Below are positions 56,327 through 64,000 of a DNA stretch of 64,000 bases, in pieces. Positions within the stretch are counted from its first letter, which is position 1. The number at the start of each line of letters is the position of its first letter. Source of the stretch: Eledone cirrhosa (taxonomy: Eukaryota); NCBI GenBank assembly GCA_964016885.1, contig OZ024751.1:10602001-10666000 (forward strand), read 5' to 3'. Made by a program: the position numbers and the translations under genes. Below the pieces are notes generated by a model, which had not been told where the DNA came from, made no database searches, and saw only the letters and a list, made by a program, of their open reading frames with translations.

Positions 56327-56565
56327 GGAAAGTGATATAAAGTTAAACAATGTAAAATGGAAGGTAAGATGGAGGTAACCAAAAGTTAGTTACATGGTAA
56401 TCTTTGTTTTGTTTTTTGTTGCTGTTGTTTCTTTCGTCAACAGCAACAACAACAAAAAAAAACAACAACCCCCTCCAAACAAAACAAAGATTACCAGGTA
56501 GCTAACTTTTTCGTTACCTTCATCTTACCATCCATTTTGAATTGGTTTGTCTTATATCACTTTCC
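56327..56565. repeat. Older, diverged fold-back
   Basis: ggaaagtgatataa..ggtaatctttgttttgttt pairs with aaacaaaacaaagattacc..ttatatcactttcc. Confidence 0.7.
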
Positions 56566-57104
56566 ACACCATCCATTAGATATGTTTCCACTCCTGTAAT
56601 ACCACGCACGGTATATAACTCTAACTATACATAAAAATATCTTAATAACAACAGTAAATTGTAATGACATAGAAATTACAGTTCAACTTATAGTCTTGCA
56701 CCGCTTCTTAAAAAATTCCAGCTACATAATATACCATTTGAATCTAATCTTGCTCTACGCTAAATGTTTTTGATATTGCTTTTTGTTCTTGAACTCTTGT
56801 GAGGTTGGTAAACCTTATTTTTGTTCTTTATAAATTTCCCGAGGATATGCGAGTTGTAGATAATATGTATGGTGTAGTTAATTGTTAACTAATGATTTCC
56901 AGTTGTTCTTCCAATACATGTGCCATTATAACCGTATTGAAACGAACGTAGAAATAAAGGAATTAATGTAATTTAGTAACCTTGATTTTTCTAATATTGA
57001 ATTATATTGGACAAACCACCTAATATTGCTGAAACCATCTTTCCAAGGACACACTGAGGTCTAACAACGTTATCGGCCCCACCACATGCAGGTAGAAAAT
57101 AATG

Positions 57105-57660
57105 GTTTCTTATATAGGCACAAGACCATCAATTTTTGGGAGGGGAAAGTCGATTAAATCGATCCCAGTGCGCGACTGGTACTTTATTTTATCGACCCTG
57201 TAAGGATAAAAGCAAAGTTAACTTCAGCGGGATTTGAACTCAGATCATAAAGGGCCGTAACTCTATGCTACAAAGCATGGCGTCCGACCCTCTACCGATA
57301 CTGCCAACCCACCGCCAAATAATTGTTTCTACTGCCAATCCACCGCCAAATAATTGTTTCAAAGTTAACTTCGGCGGGATTTGAACTCAGATCATAAAGG
57401 GCCGTAACTCTATGCTACAAAGCATGGCGTCCGACCCTCTACCGATACTGCCAATCCACCGCCAAATAATTGTTTCTACTTCTGGCACAAGGCCAGTAAT
57501 TGCCGCAGTGCATTACTGGTACTTTATTTTATCGACCCCGTAAGGATGAAAGGCAAAGTTAACCTCGGCAGGATTTTAAATCAGATCATAAAGGGCCGCA
57601 ACTCTATGGCACAAAGCATGGCGTCCGACCCTCTACCGATACTGCCAATCCACCGCCAAA
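57105..57660 (-). mobile_element. Tandem array of three full or partial Nin-like SINE copies
   Basis: Repeated gggatttgaactcagatcataaagggccgtaactctatgctacaaagcatggcgtccgaccctctaccgatactgccaa. Confidence 0.8.
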
Positions 57661-58159
57661 ACAATACCTGCATTTTAGACCTCCTCAGCGAAGCTCAGAC
57701 ACCACTCTATTTTCTTGTCCAGGGATGAGAGAATGGCTATATAGCTCTATATTATTTTATATAATTACACATAAAAATTAAAAAATAATACTTCAGAGTC
57801 AATTACTTAGAGACGCTATATTCATATATAAAACAATAGTTAAGTGTTAATATATGTTATGAAATTAGCATAAACAAGTAATTTAAACAAATTATGCAGC
57901 GAGGAAAAGATGTTATTGAACTGATGATGATAATTGTTTCTACTTTTGGCACAAGGCCAGCAATTATCTCAGTGCATTACTAGTACTTTATTTTATCGAC
58001 CCCGTAAGGATGAAAGGCAAAGTTAACCTCGGCGGGATTTGAACTCAGAACGTAAAGGCCCATAACGCTGTGCTACAAAGCATGGCGTCTGACGTTCTAC
58101 CCATTCTGCCAAATCCACCTGATGATTATAATGATATCATTTTATCATTTCAACGTAAT

Positions 58160-59081
58160 GAAAATGATGATGATGATGATGGCGATGGTGCTGGTTGTCA
58201 TGATGATGATGATGATGATGGTTGTGATGATGGTGATAGTAGTGGTTGTGATGATGATGATGTTTGTGATGATGATGATGATGATGGTGATGGTTATGAT
58301 GATGATGATGGTGATGGTTGTGATGATGATGATGATGAGGATGGTTGTGAGATGATGATGATGGTGATGGTTGTGAGATGATGATGATGGTTATGATGAT
58401 GATGATGAGGATGGTTGTGAGATGATGATGATAATGATGGTTGTGAGATGATGATGATGGTGATGGTTGTGATGATGATGATGATGGTTATGATGATGAT
58501 GATGAGGATGGTTGTGAGATGATGATGATAATGATGGTTGTGAGATGATGATGATGGTGATGGTTGTGATGATGATGATAGTGATGGTTGTGAGATGAGG
58601 ATGGTTGTGAGATGATGATGATGGTGATGGTTGTGATGATGATAACTGCAATAGCAACCAATCAACAAAGAAAATATAAATACACACCACACACACACAC
58701 ACATATACATACAAACACACACATATATACTAGTATATACACACTTACACACATATACTAGTATATACACACTTACACACACACATAGACATACAAACAC
58801 ACACACATATACTAGTATATATACACACTTACACACACATACATATACTAGTATATACACATTTACACACACATATACATACAAACACACACATATATAC
58901 TAGTATATACACACTTACACACACATACATACAAACGCACACACACACACATACTAGTATATACACATTTACACACACACACATATACATACAAACACAC
59001 ACATATATACTAGTATATACACACTTACACACACACATACATACAAACACACACACATATACTAGTATATACACACTTACA

Positions 59082-59130
<49 letters not shown>

Positions 59131-59439
59131 ACACACATACATATAAAGTCAAGTAAAAAACAAAAATAAAAACAAATAATCAAAACAATAAATATATAAA
59201 TAAATATACAAACAATAACAACAAAAAACAGAACACCCCCTCATCATCATCATTATCATCATCATCATTGTCATCTTCATCATCATCAGCACCACCACCA
59301 CCACCATCATCCCATCACCATCATTATCATCATCATCATCATCATCAACTCACTACCACCACCACCATCACCACCATCACCTCGCCACCACCACAACCAC
59401 CACCACCACCACCACCATCATCTCGTTGCCATCATCACC

Positions 59440-59476
<37 letters not shown>

Positions 59477-59727
59477 CCATCACCATCATTATCATCAAAC
59501 ATCATTATCACCGCCACCACCACCACCACCACCACCACCACCACCACCACCACCAACACCACCACCACAACCACCACCACCACCACCACCACCACCACCA
59601 ACACCACCACCACAACCACCACAACCATCTCGCCACCACCACCATCACCACAACCACCACCACCATCATCTCACCACCAACACCATCATCTCGCCACCAC
59701 CACCATCGCCACAACATCCACCGCCGC

Positions 59728-59783
<56 letters not shown>

Positions 59784-59910
59784 ATAACAATAATAACAGG
59801 AAAACAAAAACAATAAAATCAAAATCATCAACAACAACAACAACATCAAAATCAGCAACAACAACAACAACAACAACATCATCAATAACAACATCTACAA
59901 CAACAACTTG
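58160..59910. repeat. Compound low-complexity block: (GAT)n, CA-rich minisatellite with actagt, (CAT/CAC/CAA)n
   Basis: Direct reading. Confidence 0.9.
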
Positions 59911-60287
59911 AACAACATCAACAAGAATAACATTAAATAAAGAGGTTATTGCAAAATGAAGCAAAACAGAATGTTTTGAGTGGAGCAGACGATATGGGGA
60001 CGGCCATGTTATCGTAAGATGAATATGTTGCTATGGAGTGACCGGAGAGGGAAAAACCCACCACATATGGATATATATGTATGGGTATATATGTATATAT
60101 ATATATATATATATACACACACATAAGAATATATGTATGTGTATATAAATATGTATGTGTATATATATATGTATATGTATATATATGCATGTATATGTAT
60201 ATGTATGTATATGTATATATATGTATATATATATATATATATATATGAATATATATATATGAATATATATGTATATATATGTGTATA

Positions 60288-60339
<52 letters not shown>

Positions 60340-60362
60340 TATACATATATATACATATATAT

Positions 60363-60496
<134 letters not shown>

Positions 60497-60656
60497 GGAG
60501 AAAGAGACGATTATTAGGAAGAAAAATATATTTTTTCCCTTTTTTTATTATTTTTTATATGTATATATATATACATATATATATATGAATATATATATAT
60601 GGATATATATATATATAGATATATGTATATATAAATATATATATACATATATATAC

Positions 60657-60687
<31 letters not shown>

Positions 60688-60788
60688 CATATTTACATAC
60701 ATATATACATATATACATACATATATATATATATACATATATATACATATATATATATACACATATATTTATATACATATATATATAC

Positions 60789-60821
<33 letters not shown>

Positions 60822-60839
60822 CATATTTATATATATACA

Positions 60840-60870
<31 letters not shown>

Positions 60871-60871
60871 G

Positions 60872-60939
<68 letters not shown>

Positions 60940-60974
60940 CATATATATACATATACATATATATACATATATGC

Positions 60975-61422
60975 AAAAGTTCTATTTAAAGTTGTTGGGA
61001 TACAACAAGTAAATATTTTTATAACTGATATAAAGCACTCGACAAATTTTTGGAGTAGATATACGATATTAATAAATGGAAACTATATTTATAAAACCAT
61101 ATTTATTTCATTATACATATTTCAGGGATACCACATTAAATTATGGTATGCCTTCATCAGACAAAATACAATATATAACAGTTTTACAAATAGGTTTGAC
61201 GTACCCTTTAAAATACAACCATTACTTTTGGAGGCTGTCCAGACAGCCTCCAAAAGTAATGGTTGTATTTTAAAGGGTACGTCAAACCTATTTGTAAAAC
61301 TGTTATATATTGTATTTTGTCTGATGAAGGCATACCATAATTTAATGTGGTATCCCTGAAATATGTATAATGAAATAAATATGGTTTTATAAATATAGTT
61401 TCCATTTATTAATATCGTATAT
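60975..61422. mobile_element. Family C fold-back with about 181 bp arms and a 2-nt spacer; HHRs at 61106-61166 (-) and 61315-61375 (+)
   Basis: Centre ggaggctgtc-ca-gacagcctcc. HHR reads UUUUGU-CUGAUGA-AGGCAUACCAUA..UGUGGUAUCCCU-GAAA-UAUGUA-UA-AUGAAA. Confidence 0.85.
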
Positions 61423-61426
61423 ATAC

Positions 61427-61475
<49 letters not shown>

Positions 61476-61528
61476 CATATATTTATATATATACATATAT
61501 TTATATATATACATATATATATACTTAT

Positions 61529-61567
<39 letters not shown>

Positions 61568-61573
<6 letters not shown>

Positions 61574-62566
61574 ATTAAATAAATGGAAAACTATATTTAT
61601 AAAACCATATTTATTTCATTATATATATTTCGGGGATATCATATTAACAATATGCTATGCCTTCATCAGACAAAATACAATATAAACAGTTTTATAGATA
61701 AATATATTCGACATACCGTAATAAACATCAACTTCATTTGAAGAGGTTTACTCTAGCAGTGAAAATACAGAGAGAAAGAAAGAGAGAGAGAAAAGAGGGA
61801 AATAAGAAAGAAAGAAAGACAAAACGAAGAAAAGGAAGAAAAAGAAGAAAAAGAAAAAGAAGAAATGCATGGGACAGAATAGAGAGATGGAAAAATAGAT
61901 AAAGCGAAGAGCTTCATGTAAAGAGACAGAAAGAGATATATATATATATATAGAGAGAGGAAATAGAGATAGATACATATATAAATATAGAAAAATTAGG
62001 TAGTGGGAGGTCATTTTCATACACTTACTCAAAATGACCTCCCACTACCTAATTTTTCTATATTTATATATGTATCTATCTCTATTTCCTCTCTCTCTAT
62101 ATATATATATATCTCTTTCTGTCTCTTTACATGAAGCTCTTCGCTTTATCTATTTTTCCATCTCTCTATTCTGTCCCATGCATTTCTTCTTTTTCTTTTT
62201 CTTCTTTTTCTTCCTTTTCTTCGTTTTGTCTTTCTTTCTTTCTTATTTCCCTCTTTTCTCTCTCTCTTTCTTTTTCTCTCTGTATTTTCACTGCTAGAGT
62301 AAACCTCTTCAAATGAAGTTGATGTTTATTACGGTATGTCGAATATATTTATCTATAAAACTGTTTATATTGTATTTTGTCTGATGAAGGCATAGCATAT
62401 TGTTAATATGATATCCCCGAAATATATATAATGAAATAAATATGGTTTTATAAATATAGTTTTCCATTTATTTAATATTGTAAATATACTCCAAATATTT
62501 GTCGAGTGCTTTTATATCAGTTATAAATATTTACTAGTTGTAACCCAACAATTTTAAATATAACTT

Positions 62567-62568
<2 letters not shown>
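61568..62568. mobile_element. Family C fold-back with about 450 bp arms and a 13-nt spacer; HHRs at about 61614-61675 (-) and 62375-62435 (+)
   Basis: Arms 61568-62017 and 62031-62482, with an extra tail to 62568. Confidence 0.85.
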
Positions 62569-62613
<45 letters not shown>

Positions 62614-62676
62614 CTATATATACACATATATATATATATCTATACATATATATTTATACATATTTATATATATACA

Positions 62677-62707
<31 letters not shown>

Positions 62708-62708
62708 A

Positions 62709-62744
<36 letters not shown>

Positions 62745-62783
62745 GTATATATATATATGTGTATATATATATGTGTATATATT

Positions 62784-62820
<37 letters not shown>

Positions 62821-62873
62821 ATATCTATGTATATATGTATATATATACATATATGTATATATACACATACATA

Positions 62874-62945
<72 letters not shown>

Positions 62946-62992
62946 CATATATATATCCATGTATATATATACACATATATATATATATACAC

Positions 62993-63032
<40 letters not shown>

Positions 63033-63549
63033 ATATACATATATATATATATATACACATATATATACATATATATATGGTGGCTGCCAACTCGTTTCCG
63101 AGTACGGCCACTACTTTATATCCATGTAGGAGAACTCCTACCGTTGCGCTGAACGAGTGTGACTTTTTAGTCCAGCCAGCGACTTGAAAACTCTGGTACA
63201 AACACTACACTTGTGACAATTATTGACACATAGTGCTGGGCCCTTGGTACCATGTGACGACAAGTGCAGAGAGATCTCCAGATATAAAGCAATGCCTGTG
63301 CCCTGAAGCTTTTATAGTGAGCAAAGGCACTGCAAAAAGCCAGTCCCACTCTCTTAACCAAGATGATATTTACCAAAAAGAAGAACAAGTCAACATCATT
63401 GGATACCATCAGAGTTGCAGGTGTTATATCAGAGTTTTACTTCTCCTAGAATTCTGCCTTGACAAAGGCTAAGGGGTCATCTCTCTATACATGTATATAT
63501 ATGTGTAAATACATACATATATATATGTATATATGTATATATATATGTA

Positions 63550-63626
<77 letters not shown>

Positions 63627-63787
63627 GTATATATATATGTATATGTATATATATATGTATATATATATGTATATATATATATGTATATATATATATGTCT
63701 ATATATATATATGTCTATATATATATATGTTTATATATATATACGTATATATATGTATATATATATGTATATTTTTATATACGTATA

Positions 63788-63836
<49 letters not shown>

Positions 63837-63845
63837 GTATATATG

Positions 63846-63907
<62 letters not shown>

Positions 63908-64000
63908 TATATATGTATATATATATATGTATATATACATATATATATGTATATATATATGTATATATACATATATATATGTTTATATATATATATGTAT

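Overview
A eukaryotic, extremely microsatellite-rich region ((TA)n, (CA)n, (GATA)n, (CAT)n, (CAC)n) with no intact host gene that I can support. The repeat repertoire suggests an invertebrate, probably a cephalopod (Octopus-like) genome; this is inference. Nearly all long ORFs in the track are microsatellite translations. The real coding remnants are decayed mobile elements: a Tigger/pogo transposase, two CR1/L2-type LINE copies, three CRE-like RLE retrotransposon pieces, three stacked Tx1/L1 3' ends in (GATA)n, a Helitron helicase, and two Penelope-like (PLE) GIY-YIG remnants. Many tRNA-type SINEs are also present. The most interesting signal is a ribozyme-centred system in the (TA)n tracts. 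More than 15 type I hammerhead ribozyme (HHR) motifs, in at least five sequence families, occur in three settings: (i) a non-coding 472-473 bp tandem array with one HHR per unit (retrozyme-like, predicted circRNA), (ii) short fold-back insertions whose two 3' ends both point outward into (TA)n, and (iii) a truncated Hydra-clade-like PLE with the same geometry, a plausible type of helper. All motifs were read by eye; activity and novelty are untested and boundaries are approximate.
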